Program-made: the position numbers and the translations under genes | Notes under the pieces: generated by a model | What the model saw: only the letters and a program-made list of their open reading frames with translations | The model's database searches: none | Told to the model about the DNA's origin: nothing | Part shown: piece by piece, positions 29,345 to 39,023 of the stretch | Layout: the number at the start of each line of letters is the position of its first letter | Numbering within the stretch: the stretch's first letter is position 1 | Source of the DNA: Myxococcaceae bacterium | GTDB taxonomy: Bacteria; Myxococcota; Myxococcia; Myxococcales; Myxococcaceae | Assembly: GCA_049589315.1 (NCBI GenBank) | Contig: JBAWAM010000661.1 | Location: 1-44,309, forward strand | Reading direction: 5' to 3' | Length of the DNA: 44,309 nucleotides

Positions 29345-30622
29345 TCAATACTTCGCGCGCGACTTGAGGAATTCAATCGTCTTTTCCTCGCGGATTCGCA
29401 AAGCGAGCGATTCGCGGCTGTCCGGGTCGCGGAACTGCTTGCGGACCTGCGACAGGGCGATGCTGTTCTCCTCCGCGAGCTGCTCGAGCTTCTTCTCGAC
29501 GTCCTCATCGGTCGCCTGAAGGCCCTGCTTCTCCGCGATGGCCTCGAGCAGCAGCGAGCCCTTCACTTCCTTCTCCGCGCGCGGCCGGATCTCCTCACGC
29601 AGCGCCTGGAAGTCGAAGTTGAGCTGGCGCGGGTCAAGTCCCTGGGAGGCCATGTTGCGGATGGCGCTCTCGAGCATCAGCTGCACGCCCCGGTCGACCA
29701 TGGCGCGAGGCACCTCGAACGCGTTCTTTTCGAGGAGCTTGTCGATGAGCTGATCGCGCTCCTTCTGCTCGGCGTCGGCCTTCAGCGAGCGCTCGAGCTG
29801 CGAGCGGACCTTGTTCCGGAGCTCCTCGAGCGTCTCACCACCGCCGACCTCCTTGGCGAACTCGTCGTTGAGCTCGGGGGTCACCTGGCGCTTGAGCCCC
29901 TTGAGGCTGAGCTTGAACTTCCCGGTCTTCCCGCGCACCTCCTCGACCTCGTAGTCATCCGGGAAGGTGTAGTCGACCTCCTTCGTCTCGCCGACCTTCG
30001 TCCCCTCGAGCTCCTTCACGTTGCCGCGGATGAGGTCGCCCTCCACCACCTCGACGGTGATGTTCTCCGCCTTGCTGCCCGGGAACTCCTTCCCGTCGAT
30101 CTGCGCGTCGAAGTCGATCTGCGCGAAGTCGCTGGCCTGGGCCACGTCACGGCCCTCCACGGGCTCGAGCCGCCCCATGGTGTTGCGCATGCGCTCGATG
30201 CGCTCGTTGATCTTGTCGTCCCCGACGGTGATGTCCTGCTTCGCCAGCTCCAGGCCGTCGTATTCCTTCGGCTCGAGCCTGGGCTTCACCTCGACGCGCG
30301 CCTCGAACTTGAACGGCTGCGCCGGGTCGATCGGCGAGGGGTTGGTGATCTGCGGATTCGCCACCGCGTCCACCTTGTGCTCGCGGACCGCCTCGGTGAA
30401 CGCGCGCTGCACCAGGCCCTGCATCACGTCGTCCTCGACCTGCTGCTTGAAGCGCTGTTCGAGGATTCGCCGGGGGACCTTGCCCGGACGGAAACCGGGG
30501 ATCTTCACCTGACGACCCAGCGCGCTGTACGCGCGATCGAGCTCCTTGCCAACCTGCTGGTTCTCGACCTCGATGGAGAGCTTCCGCTCGATGGGCGAGA
30601 GCTCCTCGACCTGGACCTTCAT
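29345..30622 (-). CDS. tig: Trigger factor
   Basis: The ATG at 30622 gives MKVQVEELSPIERKLSIEV.... The ribosome-binding GFRPGKVP motif is present, followed by the FKBP and C-terminal domains. The upstream 55 codons of ORF 29345-30787 are read-through of tRNA-Leu. Confidence 0.95.
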   Translation of the reverse strand: MKVQVEELSPIERKLSIEVENQQVGKELDRAYSALGRQVKIPGFRPGKVPRRILEQRFKQQVEDDVMQGLVQRAFTEAVREHKVDAVANPQITNPSPIDPAQPFKFEARVEVKPRLEPKEYDGLELAKQDITVGDDKINERIERMRNTMGRLEPVEGRDVAQASDFAQIDFDAQIDGKEFPGSKAENITVEVVEGDLIRGNVKELEGTKVGETKEVDYTFPDDYEVEEVRGKTGKFKLSLKGLKRQVTPELNDEFAKEVGGGETLEELRNKVRSQLERSLKADAEQKERDQLIDKLLEKNAFEVPRAMVDRGVQLMLESAIRNMASQGLDPRQLNFDFQALREEIRPRAEKEVKGSLLLEAIAEKQGLQATDEDVEKKLEQLAEENSIALSQVRKQFRDPDSRESLALRIREEKTIEFLKSRAKY

Positions 30623-30690
30623 GGACGCATGCTCCTCTTGTTGGGAAGGGGGCAGCGTGTAGGAGATCCCGCTTCGAGGGTCAACGGGAA

Positions 30691-30772
<82 letters not shown>

Positions 30773-30780
30773 GGCGGCAG

Positions 30781-30821
30781 AAAGCAAAAGGCCGAGGTCG
30801 GAATCCCGAACCTCGGCCTTT
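30781..30821 (-). terminator. Strong hairpin plus T-tract between tRNA-Lys and tRNA-Leu
   Basis: The minus strand reads AAAGGCCGAGGTTCGG-GATT-CCGACCTCGGCCTTT followed by TGCTTTC. It ends only ~9 nt before tRNA-Leu, so it may be a partial terminator or a processing structure. Confidence 0.45.
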
Positions 30822-30823
30822 CA

Positions 30824-30896
30824 TGAGAGCGGAAGGAATCGAACCTTCAACCTATGGATTAAGAGTCCATTGCTCTGCCAATTGAGCTACGCTCCC
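30824..30896 (-). tRNA. tRNA-Lys (anticodon CTT)
   Basis: GGGAGCG/CGCTCTC acceptor, anticodon arm ATGGA-CTCTTAA-TCCAT and T arm with TTCGATT. Confidence 0.9.
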
Positions 30897-31001
30897 GAAC
30901 TCTTGCGGCGCGGCTTCTACATTCTGCGCCGTGGGGATGTCAACAGCCTTTGAACACCCCGTCCCCCGAACTGCTTCCGCCACCCGGACCACCCGAAGCA
31001 G

Positions 31002-31075
<74 letters not shown>

Positions 31076-31099
31076 CCGATGTTTCCAACCATCGGGAAG

Positions 31100-31173
31100 G
31101 GCGACCAACCGGGATTGAACCGGTAACCCCCGGAGCCACAGTCCGGTGCTCTACCAATTGAGCTATGATCGCC
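31100..31173 (-). tRNA. tRNA-His (anticodon GTG, with encoded G-1)
   Basis: An extra 5' G pairs with discriminator C. Anticodon arm CCGGA-CTGTGGC-TCCGG and T arm ACCGG-TTCAATC-CCGGT. Confidence 0.9.
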
Positions 31174-31367
31174 GTACGACTGACAGCCGTGAAGCGGCGC
31201 CGTCAGTACCGAAAAACCCACCCGGATTCAAGCTTCATTCCACCATGGTCGCGGATCTCGCGGTTGACGCGCTTCCGGACAGCCGCCCGATCCCGGGGAC
31301 GAACCGGCCCACCCTCGCTGCGTAGCCCCGGTACGCATCCCCGTGCAGCCGCAGTAGATGCTCCTCC

Positions 31368-32324
31368 TCAAGTCGCGTCTGGAGGGCCAGCGTCCGGCCG
31401 CGCAGTGCCCTCCAGGCTCAGCGAGAAGGCGAGCGCCGAAAAAAAATCGTGCTTCGACCGGACGCCGGGGGCGGGACGTCCATCGAAGCGGTGAGTGAGG
31501 AAGACCCGGGCGCTGAGAGGCCCCCACACCGCCACCTCGATGAAGCCAGTGGAGATGACCACCAGGTCCGGGAGCTCCAGCAGGTCGAGCACCAGTTGGC
31601 TCTCCAGTCCCACCGCGCTGCGTTGATCGAGGGTCCGGTAGTAGTAGCCCGCGACCCGGGGCCCCACCATGTCGTTGATCCCGTCGCGGACGATGACGTC
31701 GGGTTCGGCTGCGAGCGGGCGCATCGTGTACTCACGGGCGACGAAGCCGCCCACCTCGAGGTGCCCGGCCCGAAGGAAGATGTGCGGGTGCTCGGGGTGC
31801 CGCTCGAGCAGGACTTCGTGCCCGACCCCGAGCAGCCCCACCGCTCGCGTCCGGATTCCGAGGAAGGGGTCGTGCACCCACGCCGCGCCGGCGAACAGGG
31901 AGGTCCGCTCGGCGAAGAAGAAGTCGACGCGCTGGAGCGCCTCCCCCCGCTGGGCCACCGTCACATTGAGCGCGTCTTCAAAGGCGCCCCGGACGCGGGT
32001 GAGCGCGAGCAGATGCGAGGTGATCGGTACGACCAGGGTCAGGTCCACCTCGAGCCGCAGGATGTCCCGATTGCCCCGGACCAACTGGCCGCCGAGCGAA
32101 GCCTCGAGGGTCAACGGCGTGTGCGCTTCGGGGGTCACCAGCAGGAAGAGACTGCGCTCCCACTGCTCTTGCCCCTTGGGAGGCTCGGCCTGTGGCGACG
32201 CCAACGGCGCAGGCGGCTCCTCCGGGCACTCGCCGTCGATCGGAGCGGCAGGCGCGGCCGCAACGAGCGCGGCGAGGAGCAGCAGCATGGCCCCCACGCT
32301 GGCCAACAGCCCTCCACGCGACAA
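31368..32324 (-). CDS. Secreted protein, possible outer-membrane beta-barrel (DUF481-like)
   Basis: 318 aa with a TTG start and signal peptide MSRGGLLASVGAMLLLLAALVAAAPAAP. Alternating amphipathic strands follow (LTLEASLGG..RGNRD...LEVDLTLV...). GC3 is high. The family call is tentative. Confidence 0.55.
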   Translation of the reverse strand: MSRGGLLASVGAMLLLLAALVAAAPAAPIDGECPEEPPAPLASPQAEPPKGQEQWERSLFLLVTPEAHTPLTLEASLGGQLVRGNRDILRLEVDLTLVVPITSHLLALTRVRGAFEDALNVTVAQRGEALQRVDFFFAERTSLFAGAAWVHDPFLGIRTRAVGLLGVGHEVLLERHPEHPHIFLRAGHLEVGGFVAREYTMRPLAAEPDVIVRDGINDMVGPRVAGYYYRTLDQRSAVGLESQLVLDLLELPDLVVISTGFIEVAVWGPLSARVFLTHRFDGRPAPGVRSKHDFFSALAFSLSLEGTARPDAGPPDAT

Positions 32325-32364
32325 GCTGACCGCGAGGGCCCGGCGACTGCTGTGAGGAGTACAG

Positions 32365-32438
32365 CGCGCCCGACAGGACTCGAACCTGTGACCCTCGGCT
32401 TAGAAGGCCGATGCTCTATCCAGCTGAGCTACGGGCGC
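32365..32438 (-). tRNA. tRNA-Arg (anticodon TCT)
   Basis: GCGCCCG/CGGGCGC acceptor, anticodon arm TCGGC-CTTCTAA-GCCGA and T arm ACAGG-TTCGAGT-CCTGT. Confidence 0.9.
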
Positions 32439-32451
32439 TCAGAACTACGAA

Positions 32452-32525
32452 TCGGGGCGAGAGGATTCGAACCTCCGACTTCCTGCGCCCAAGGCAGGCG
32501 CGCTACCAGGCTGCGCTACGCCCCG
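32452..32525 (-). tRNA. tRNA-Pro (anticodon TGG)
   Basis: CGGGGCG/CGCCCCG acceptor, anticodon arm CCTGC-CTTGGGC-GCAGG and T loop TTCGAAT. It lies 13 nt upstream of tRNA-Arg(TCT). Confidence 0.9.
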
Positions 32526-32562
32526 TGAAGCCGCGCATTCTTTGCCCATCCTTCTCCGGGTT

Positions 32563-33156
32563 TCAACCAAAGTCGGCAATCAGTGCTTCCAACCGGGGTC
32601 TCAGGGCCCTGAACGCGCGCCCCCGATGGGAGATGGCCGACTTCTCGTCGCGGGTGAGCTGGGCCATGGTCCGGCCGCCCGGCTCGAGCTCGAACACGGG
32701 GTCGTAGCCGAACCCGCCCTCCCCCGTCGGCACCTGCGCGATCCTCCCCCGGCACTCCCCGTCCGCGAACACGGTCCGGCCATCCGGGAAGGCCAGGCAC
32801 AACACGCAGCGAAACGCCGCGCCCCGCTTCTCCGGCGGCACGCCCTCCAGATCGTGCAACAGCTTCAGAAAGCGATCCCGGTCGTCGCCCGGCGCATAAC
32901 GCGCGGACAAGACCCCGGGCCGCCCCTCCAACGCGTCCACGCACAGCCCGCTGTCGTCGGCGAGGCTGGGCAGCCCGGAGGCCTCGGCGCTCACGACCGC
33001 CTTCTTGCGCGCGTTGTCCTCGAAGGTGGCGCCGTCCTCTTCGACCTCGGGGACGCCCGGGACGTCGTCGAGCGAGACGACCTCCACGAGGTCTCCTACC
33101 AGCGCGCGGAGCTCGGCGACCTTCCCCTTGTTGCGCGTGGCGAACAGGAGCTTCAC
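32563..33156 (-). CDS. rdgB: Non-canonical purine NTP pyrophosphatase (RdgB/HAM1 family)
   Basis: [16 protein letters not shown]..., FEDNA.KKA, DSGL.VDAL.G.PG and GFGYDP motifs. The GTG start overlaps the rph stop (GTGA). Confidence 0.9.
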   Translation of the reverse strand: MKLLFATRNKGKVAELRALVGDLVEVVSLDDVPGVPEVEEDGATFEDNARKKAVVSAEASGLPSLADDSGLCVDALEGRPGVLSARYAPGDDRDRFLKLLHDLEGVPPEKRGAAFRCVLCLAFPDGRTVFADGECRGRIAQVPTGEGGFGYDPVFELEPGGRTMAQLTRDEKSAISHRGRAFRALRPRLEALIADFG

Positions 33157-33866
33157 TTCTCGAGCACCGCCTGCTGGAGCTCCACCAGCCTGCCGATCGC
33201 CGCCATCCCGGCGTCGAGCATCTGATCGAGCTGCGCGCGCTCGAAGGACTTCTGCTCGGCGGTGCCCTGGACTTCGATCAGCTTCCCGTCGCCGGTGCCG
33301 ACGATGTTCATGTCGACCTCCGCGCCGGAATCCTCGACGTAGTCGAGGTCGACCACCACCTCGCCCTTCACGATCCCCACCGACACGGCCGCGACCGGCG
33401 TGAGCTTCGGCATCGACAGGATCTTCTGGGAGGCCAGCTTCTTCAGGGCCAGCCCGAAGGCCACATAGCCGCCGGTGATCGACGCGGTCCGGGTCCCACC
33501 GTCCGCCTGCAGGACGTCACAGTCGAGGGTGAACGTCCGGGTGCCCAGCTTCTTGAGCTCCACCGACGCGCGCAGAGAACGCCCGATGAGGCGCTGGATC
33601 TCCAGGGTCCGCCCCTGCTGCTTGCCCTTCGAGGCCTCGCGTGCGTTCCGGGAGTTGGTGGCCCGAGGCAGCATGCCGTACTCCGCGGTCACCCACCCCG
33701 ACCCGGTCCCCATCAGGTGTGGCGGGACCTTCTCCTCGACGGAGCACGTCACCAGGACGCGCGTGTTGCCGTACTCGACCATGACCGAGCCTTCGGCGTG
33801 CATGTTGATTCCGGGGGTGATCACCACCGGGCGAAGCTCGGCAGAACCGCGATTGAACGACCGCAT
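33153..33866 (-). CDS. rph: Ribonuclease PH
   Basis: The ATG at 33866, preceded by GGAGG, gives [27 protein letters not shown]. The block [18 protein letters not shown] is present. 237 aa. Confidence 0.95.
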   Translation of the reverse strand: MRSFNRGSAELRPVVITPGINMHAEGSVMVEYGNTRVLVTCSVEEKVPPHLMGTGSGWVTAEYGMLPRATNSRNAREASKGKQQGRTLEIQRLIGRSLRASVELKKLGTRTFTLDCDVLQADGGTRTASITGGYVAFGLALKKLASQKILSMPKLTPVAAVSVGIVKGEVVVDLDYVEDSGAEVDMNIVGTGDGKLIEVQGTAEQKSFERAQLDQMLDAGMAAIGRLVELQQAVLEK

Positions 33867-33919
33867 CAGGCCTCCTCGAGAGCGCCGCCTCATAACACGG
33901 CGATCGGCTCCGAGGCGGA

Positions 33920-34717
33920 CTACTGTCCCTGGGGTGTCGCCAGCTTCTCCCCGTCGCGCGCGCCGATCTGTTGGACGAAGTCGCTCACCCCTTCGCTCAG
34001 GGCCCGGACCAGCTTCACCTGGTACGCGCTGGTCTTGAGCTTCGGGCCTTCGGTCGGATGGGAGATGTAGCCGATCTCCACGAGGATGGCCGGCGCATCG
34101 AGCCCGTTGAGCACGTAGAACGGCGCCTGCTGCACACCCCGGTCCTCCGCCCGCGTGTGCTCGATGAGCTTCTGATGGACCGCGTACGCCAGCCTCGACG
34201 AGTCGACGTGGGCCTCGGCCCGCTGCAGGTCGTCCAGGATGAAGGCGAGCGTGTCGCCTCGCGACGTGCGATCCACGGCCGGCCCTTCGGCGTTCTCGCG
34301 ATCTGCGGTCGATGCAGCGTCCGCTCCCGAGGCGTTCGCCGAGAGGAAGTAGGTCTCGATCCCCTGCACGCGCTGCCGCAGGCGATGGGTGGGCATGGAG
34401 TTCGCGTGCAGGGAGATGAAGAGGTCCGGCCGCCGCCGGTTCGCCCACGCCACCCGCTCCGACAGGTGAAGGTCAGTATCGCGCTCCCGGGTGAGCAAGA
34501 CGCGCGCGCCCAGCTCCTTCTTCAGCTCCTCCCGGAGCTTCTTCGCGAGCTGCAGCGCAACGTCCTTCTCCAGCGTGCCTTCCGGACCTTCCGCGCCCTG
34601 CTGGTCTCCGCCGTGGCCGGGATCGATGACCACCACGAGCTCGCGCGCCCACGCCGGGGCTGCGAGGAGAAGCGCGGCCAAAGCCGCCGAAGCAAGCAGG
34701 CTTCCGGACCGGAACAT
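33920..34717 (-). CDS. N-acetylmuramoyl-L-alanine amidase (Amidase_3, AmiC-like)
   Basis: Signal peptide, IDPGHGG, E..v.L, FISLHANS and the [10 protein letters not shown] zinc-ligand blocks. Confidence 0.9.
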   Translation of the reverse strand: MFRSGSLLASAALAALLLAAPAWARELVVVIDPGHGGDQQGAEGPEGTLEKDVALQLAKKLREELKKELGARVLLTRERDTDLHLSERVAWANRRRPDLFISLHANSMPTHRLRQRVQGIETYFLSANASGADAASTADRENAEGPAVDRTSRGDTLAFILDDLQRAEAHVDSSRLAYAVHQKLIEHTRAEDRGVQQAPFYVLNGLDAPAILVEIGYISHPTEGPKLKTSAYQVKLVRALSEGVSDFVQQIGARDGEKLATPQGQ

Positions 34718-34799
34718 GGCCGCATCGTACCGGGTGCGCAGCCATCGCCCAAGTCACGGTTTCAGGCCTGGCGCCCCGGGGACGCTTACTTTGAAGCAC

Positions 34800-35963
34800 A
34801 TGCGAGGCGCCCTTTCGATCCTGGTGCTGACCGTCGCGATCGAGGCACTCGCTGCGCCTCGTCTCCCTGAGGACCCGCCACGGGACGATGACGCGTCGAT
34901 CGACGTGGTCTTCCTCAACATGTTCCTACCGGGGGAACCCTGGTCGGAGCAGGTCGTCAGCTCGATGCGCGCGGCAGCCGAGGACCTCGGGATTCATCTG
35001 ACGGTCGAGCAAGCGGGCCGCTGGCCGCAAGAAATCCTTCTGGAGGCCGAGCGGTTGCTCACTGGGCCGCAGCGCCCGGACTATCTGATCGTCGTGGCGC
35101 ACCCGACCATCGGCGTGAGGCTCCTTCGCCTGGCGGAGCAGGCCCACGTGCCGGTGCTGGTCATCAACACGGGGTTCTCGACCGAGGAGCAGAAGGAGGT
35201 CGGCAGACCGCGCGAGCACTTCTCCTGGTGGCTGGGCCAGGTTCTGCCGGACGACGATAAGGCGGGATACGACCTGGCGACGTCGCTGATCGCCGAAGCG
35301 CGTCGGGCGGGAAGGACCGCGGCCGACGGTCGCATTCATGTCGTCGCCCTCACCGGGGGGACTGTGCATCCGGCTTCCAGCGAGCGCGAGAAGGGGCTGA
35401 GGCGCGCGGTCGAAGCACAGGAGAACGTGGTCCTCCACCAGGCCGTGGACGCGAAGTGGGAGTTCGACGATGCGCAGAGGAAGACCCTCCTTCTGCTCCG
35501 CCGCTATCCGGAGACATCGGCCATCTGGGCCGCGAACGATCAAATGGCCCTGGGCGCGATCGAGGCCGTCACCACGACCGGTCGAGCCCCCGGCAGGGAC
35601 ATGATCGTCGGCGGCATCGGCTGGGTGCCGCAGGCGCTGCGAGCGGTCCAGGAGGGCGAGCTCGCCGTCACTTTCGGCGGACACTTCCTGGAGGGGGCCT
35701 GGGCCCTCGTCCTCATCTACGACCACGCACACGGAAAGGACTTCGGAACAGCAGGGACCGTCTGGCGGACGGAGCTGGTGCCGATCACCCGCGAGGACCT
35801 GCCAGGATCGATGCACGTCGTGGGAAACGGACGACCCTGGGACACCATGGATTTCCGGTCGTACTCCAGGGTCGCCAACCCGGGCAGGACCGGATACCGG
35901 TTCTCGCCGGCTGCCCTGCTGGACGCGCTGGACGCGAAGCGGCCGACCGGACCGGGCCCCTGA
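34800..35963 (+). CDS. Periplasmic binding protein (sugar-binding/TorT-like Peripla_BP fold), probable co-sensor
   Basis: The ATG at 34800 gives the signal peptide MRGALSILVLTVAIEALAAP. Alternating beta-alpha pattern with ...AIWAANDQMALGAIEA... typical of Peripla_BP. It sits 12 nt upstream of a histidine kinase, and no ABC permease or ATPase is nearby. Confidence 0.75.
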   Translation: MRGALSILVLTVAIEALAAPRLPEDPPRDDDASIDVVFLNMFLPGEPWSEQVVSSMRAAAEDLGIHLTVEQAGRWPQEILLEAERLLTGPQRPDYLIVVAHPTIGVRLLRLAEQAHVPVLVINTGFSTEEQKEVGRPREHFSWWLGQVLPDDDKAGYDLATSLIAEARRAGRTAADGRIHVVALTGGTVHPASSEREKGLRRAVEAQENVVLHQAVDAKWEFDDAQRKTLLLLRRYPETSAIWAANDQMALGAIEAVTTTGRAPGRDMIVGGIGWVPQALRAVQEGELAVTFGGHFLEGAWALVLIYDHAHGKDFGTAGTVWRTELVPITREDLPGSMHVVGNGRPWDTMDFRSYSRVANPGRTGYRFSPAALLDALDAKRPTGPGP

Positions 35964-35975
35964 CACTGCGAAGTC

Positions 35976-37907
35976 ATGCGCGCATTCCTCCGAAGCTTCC
36001 GGGAGAGCCGCCTCAGCCTCCGGCTGCTGGGCTCCATCCTGATCGTCAGCATCGTGCTGACCGTGCTCAGCAGCGGAGTGCAGCTCCTGCTCGAGTACCG
36101 ACGCAACGTGTCCGACATCCACAATCGGCTCGCCAACCTCGAGGCAGGCTTCGCTCCCTCCCTGGCCAACAGCCTCTGGTCCTTCGACGAGCAGCAGCTC
36201 GCGATCCAGCTCCGAAGCATTGTCGAGATTCCATCCGTCCAGTACGCGGAGGTGCAGACGAACTACGGGGAGCGGTACTCGGCAGGGGCGCCCCAGACGG
36301 GTGCCGACACGGTGTCGCGGTCGTTCGAACTCCGTCACGTGAACGACCAGGTGGTGGAGCTGGGCACGGTGACGGTCCAGGCGACGCTCGAGAACGTGTA
36401 CCGGGCCCTGGCCGAACGCGCAGCGGTCATCTTCGCGACCGAGGCGATCACCACCTTCCTCATCGCCCTGTTCATCCTCTTCATCGTCCAGCGGATGGTG
36501 ACGCGGCATCTGGGCACGATGGCGTCCTTCGCCCGGACCATGAGTCTGGACCGGCTCGACCAGCCGCTGAAGCTGAACCGCAAGTCCAGTCAGCAGTTGG
36601 GACCTGACGAGCTGGATCAGGTGTCGAGCTCGATCAACGAGATGCGTCAGTCGCTCCAGGCCGAGATCTCCGAGCGACGGAGGGCGGAGGCGGCGAACCG
36701 GTTTCTCGCCGACGCCGGCAAACGATTGAGCGTGTCGCTCGACTACCAGGCCGTCGCGAGCGAGGTCGCCCGGCAGGCGGTCTCCGGATTCGCGGACCTG
36801 GCGATCTGCTTCGCCTCGCATCCCGACGGCACGGCCTTCCCCGTGTCGATCGCCTCGCGGATTCCCGAACACACGGACATCGTGCGCGAGGCGCTCCTCC
36901 GCGACCCGACGGCGATTGATCTCCGCCCAGGCAAGATCCAGCCGACCCCCGAGCAAAGGCGCGTGCTCGAGGAGCTCCAGGTCCGATCGTTCGCGGCCGT
37001 CCCGCTCGAGCTGCACGGACGCGACCTGGGCTTTCTCGTCCTGATGACGCGACGGGATGGCCCCCGGACGCTCGATCCAGAGGACCGGACGTTGGTCGAC
37101 GAGTTCGGTCGGCGCGCATCGATCGCCCTCGACAATGCGCTCCTGTACGCGGATGCCCAGAACGCGATCCGACTTCGGGATGAGTTCCTGACGGTCGCCT
37201 CACACGAGCTGAAGACCCCCCTGATGACCTTGCGCCTCCAGGCCTACAGGCTGGAACGGCTGGGCCAGGCTCAGCTTTCGGAGGAGGCGCTGCGCGAAGC
37301 CATCCTCAAGGGTGGTGCCGCGCTGGACCGACAGGTCGAACGGCTCAAGCAGCTCGTCGACGCGATTCTCGACGTCTCCCAGATCGTCGCGGGTGGGCTG
37401 GAGCTGCGCCGTCAGCCGGTCGATCTCACCGAGCTCGTTCGCGACCTGGTGAACCGACTCTCTGGCCCGCCAAAGGCCACCGGGCCCCGCCTCAGCATCG
37501 ATGCCGCAGGTCCCGTCACGGGCCGGTGGGATCCGATCCGACTGCGCCAGGTCGTGGTCAGTCTGCTGAGCAATGCGATGAAGTTCGGAGCAGGTCAGCC
37601 GATCGAGATCCGCATCTCGTCGGAGCAGAACATCGCGAGGCTCTCGGTGACGGATCACGGGATCGGCATCCCGAAGGAGGATCAGAAGCGGATCTTCGAG
37701 CGGTTCGCTCGCGCAGTCTCGGAGCGACACTTCGGCGGGCTGGGGCTGGGGCTGTTCGTCTCCCGGAGGATCGTAGAGGCACACGGCGGGACGATCCGCG
37801 TGGAGAGCGAGCCCGGAACGGGCGCCACGTTCATCGTTGAGCTCCCCGTGAACCTCCCGGCCCCGCTCACCCCGGAACGCCCCTGGCCCGGTGAGCTGCT
37901 GCACTGA
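35976..37907 (+). CDS. Sensor histidine kinase (periplasmic sensor, possibly CHASE8-like; HAMP; GAF; HisKA; HATPase_c)
   Basis: Two TM helices flank a ~130-aa loop. A HAMP-like segment and a GAF-like region follow. H-box ASHELKTPL, N-box LLSNAMKF and G-boxes DHGIGIP / GGLGLGL are present. Confidence 0.9.
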   Translation: MRAFLRSFRESRLSLRLLGSILIVSIVLTVLSSGVQLLLEYRRNVSDIHNRLANLEAGFAPSLANSLWSFDEQQLAIQLRSIVEIPSVQYAEVQTNYGERYSAGAPQTGADTVSRSFELRHVNDQVVELGTVTVQATLENVYRALAERAAVIFATEAITTFLIALFILFIVQRMVTRHLGTMASFARTMSLDRLDQPLKLNRKSSQQLGPDELDQVSSSINEMRQSLQAEISERRRAEAANRFLADAGKRLSVSLDYQAVASEVARQAVSGFADLAICFASHPDGTAFPVSIASRIPEHTDIVREALLRDPTAIDLRPGKIQPTPEQRRVLEELQVRSFAAVPLELHGRDLGFLVLMTRRDGPRTLDPEDRTLVDEFGRRASIALDNALLYADAQNAIRLRDEFLTVASHELKTPLMTLRLQAYRLERLGQAQLSEEALREAILKGGAALDRQVERLKQLVDAILDVSQIVAGGLELRRQPVDLTELVRDLVNRLSGPPKATGPRLSIDAAGPVTGRWDPIRLRQVVVSLLSNAMKFGAGQPIEIRISSEQNIARLSVTDHGIGIPKEDQKRIFERFARAVSERHFGGLGLGLFVSRRIVEAHGGTIRVESEPGTGATFIVELPVNLPAPLTPERPWPGELLH

Positions 37908-37919
37908 CCTGTCACTGCC

Positions 37920-39023
37920 CTACCAGATGAGCCGGCTGCGGATCTCGTTCACGAGCGTGTTCGCCATCCGCGCCTGCCGCGACTTGCTCGGATGCCAGTC
38001 GCACCCGTAGTCGTTCCCCTGCTCCGGGAACTCGAGGAAGGAGAGCTGGTCGTCACCCGCCGCGCGCGCCGTGTCCACCACCTCGTTCAGATAGGTGCGC
38101 GCGAGCGTCTTCGAGGCCTGCCCGGTCGGGAACGTGTCGGTCAGCATGGGCCCCATCAGGACCAGGATGTGCGCGTCCGGGTACTTCGAACGAACGCTCT
38201 CGAGGAACTTCAGATACGAGGACACGAACGCCCTCCGATCGACGTTCGTCCGGGCGAAGTCGTTGGTCCCCAGATGGATCGCCACGATGTGCGGGGTCCA
38301 CCGGGCGAAGTCCCACTGCGCGGTCGAGGGGGCACGGGCCAGGGAATACAGCTCCGGCATCGTGTGCTCGAACGAGCCATCGTAGTTGCGCCAGATCCCC
38401 GTGCCCGACCATGCGATGGTGATCTGCTCGGCGCCCAGCATCCGCGCGGCGAGCGCTCCATACGCTGCGCCGTGGTTCTGGGTTCCCGCCGAGAATCCGC
38501 AGAAGCGGTCTTCTCCTTCCACCCCATAGCCCGCCACGATCGAGTCGCCGATGAACTCCATCCGAAGCGCGGGACGCTGGGGAGGTGGCAGCAGGTACCC
38601 GCCGTTGGGCAGCTCGAACCCGAGGAACTGGCCCTCTCCGACGAGCGGCTCGGTTCGCTTGGTCAGCATCACGGTGTGCTCGCCCATGGACAGGCCGCGC
38701 GCCACCGGGTAGCGCTCCCGGTCCGGGTTCGCCACCAGGACCTCGGTGGGCGTGCCGTCGACCCATACCTGGTAGTGATTGCGGTGCGGATTGCCTGCCC
38801 TGTCCGTGCCTCCGGATGTCTCGCGCAGGCGCACGTCCAGGTCGGTCCCGTAGAACCGCGCCACGATCGCAGTTCCAGCCCACGAGAACCTCGGACCTGC
38901 AGGATCGGAGTAGTCGAACCGGCCGATGAACTGGGGCCGGGGCAGCGTCGGGCGCTCCAATGCGGCACACCCCGCGCCCAACAACGCCACCACCGCCCAG
39001 CTTCGCGCGCACGAGCGTCTCAT
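37920..39023 (-). CDS. SGNH/GDSL hydrolase lipoprotein, carbohydrate esterase family 2-like
   Basis: The ATG at 39023 gives MRRSCARSWAVVALLGAG|C. An N-terminal beta-sandwich is followed by FIGDSIVAG (Ser), WSGTG, LGTNDF and DWHPS (His). Confidence 0.8.
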   Translation of the reverse strand: MRRSCARSWAVVALLGAGCAALERPTLPRPQFIGRFDYSDPAGPRFSWAGTAIVARFYGTDLDVRLRETSGGTDRAGNPHRNHYQVWVDGTPTEVLVANPDRERYPVARGLSMGEHTVMLTKRTEPLVGEGQFLGFELPNGGYLLPPPQRPALRMEFIGDSIVAGYGVEGEDRFCGFSAGTQNHGAAYGALAARMLGAEQITIAWSGTGIWRNYDGSFEHTMPELYSLARAPSTAQWDFARWTPHIVAIHLGTNDFARTNVDRRAFVSSYLKFLESVRSKYPDAHILVLMGPMLTDTFPTGQASKTLARTYLNEVVDTARAAGDDQLSFLEFPEQGNDYGCDWHPSKSRQARMANTLVNEIRSRLIW

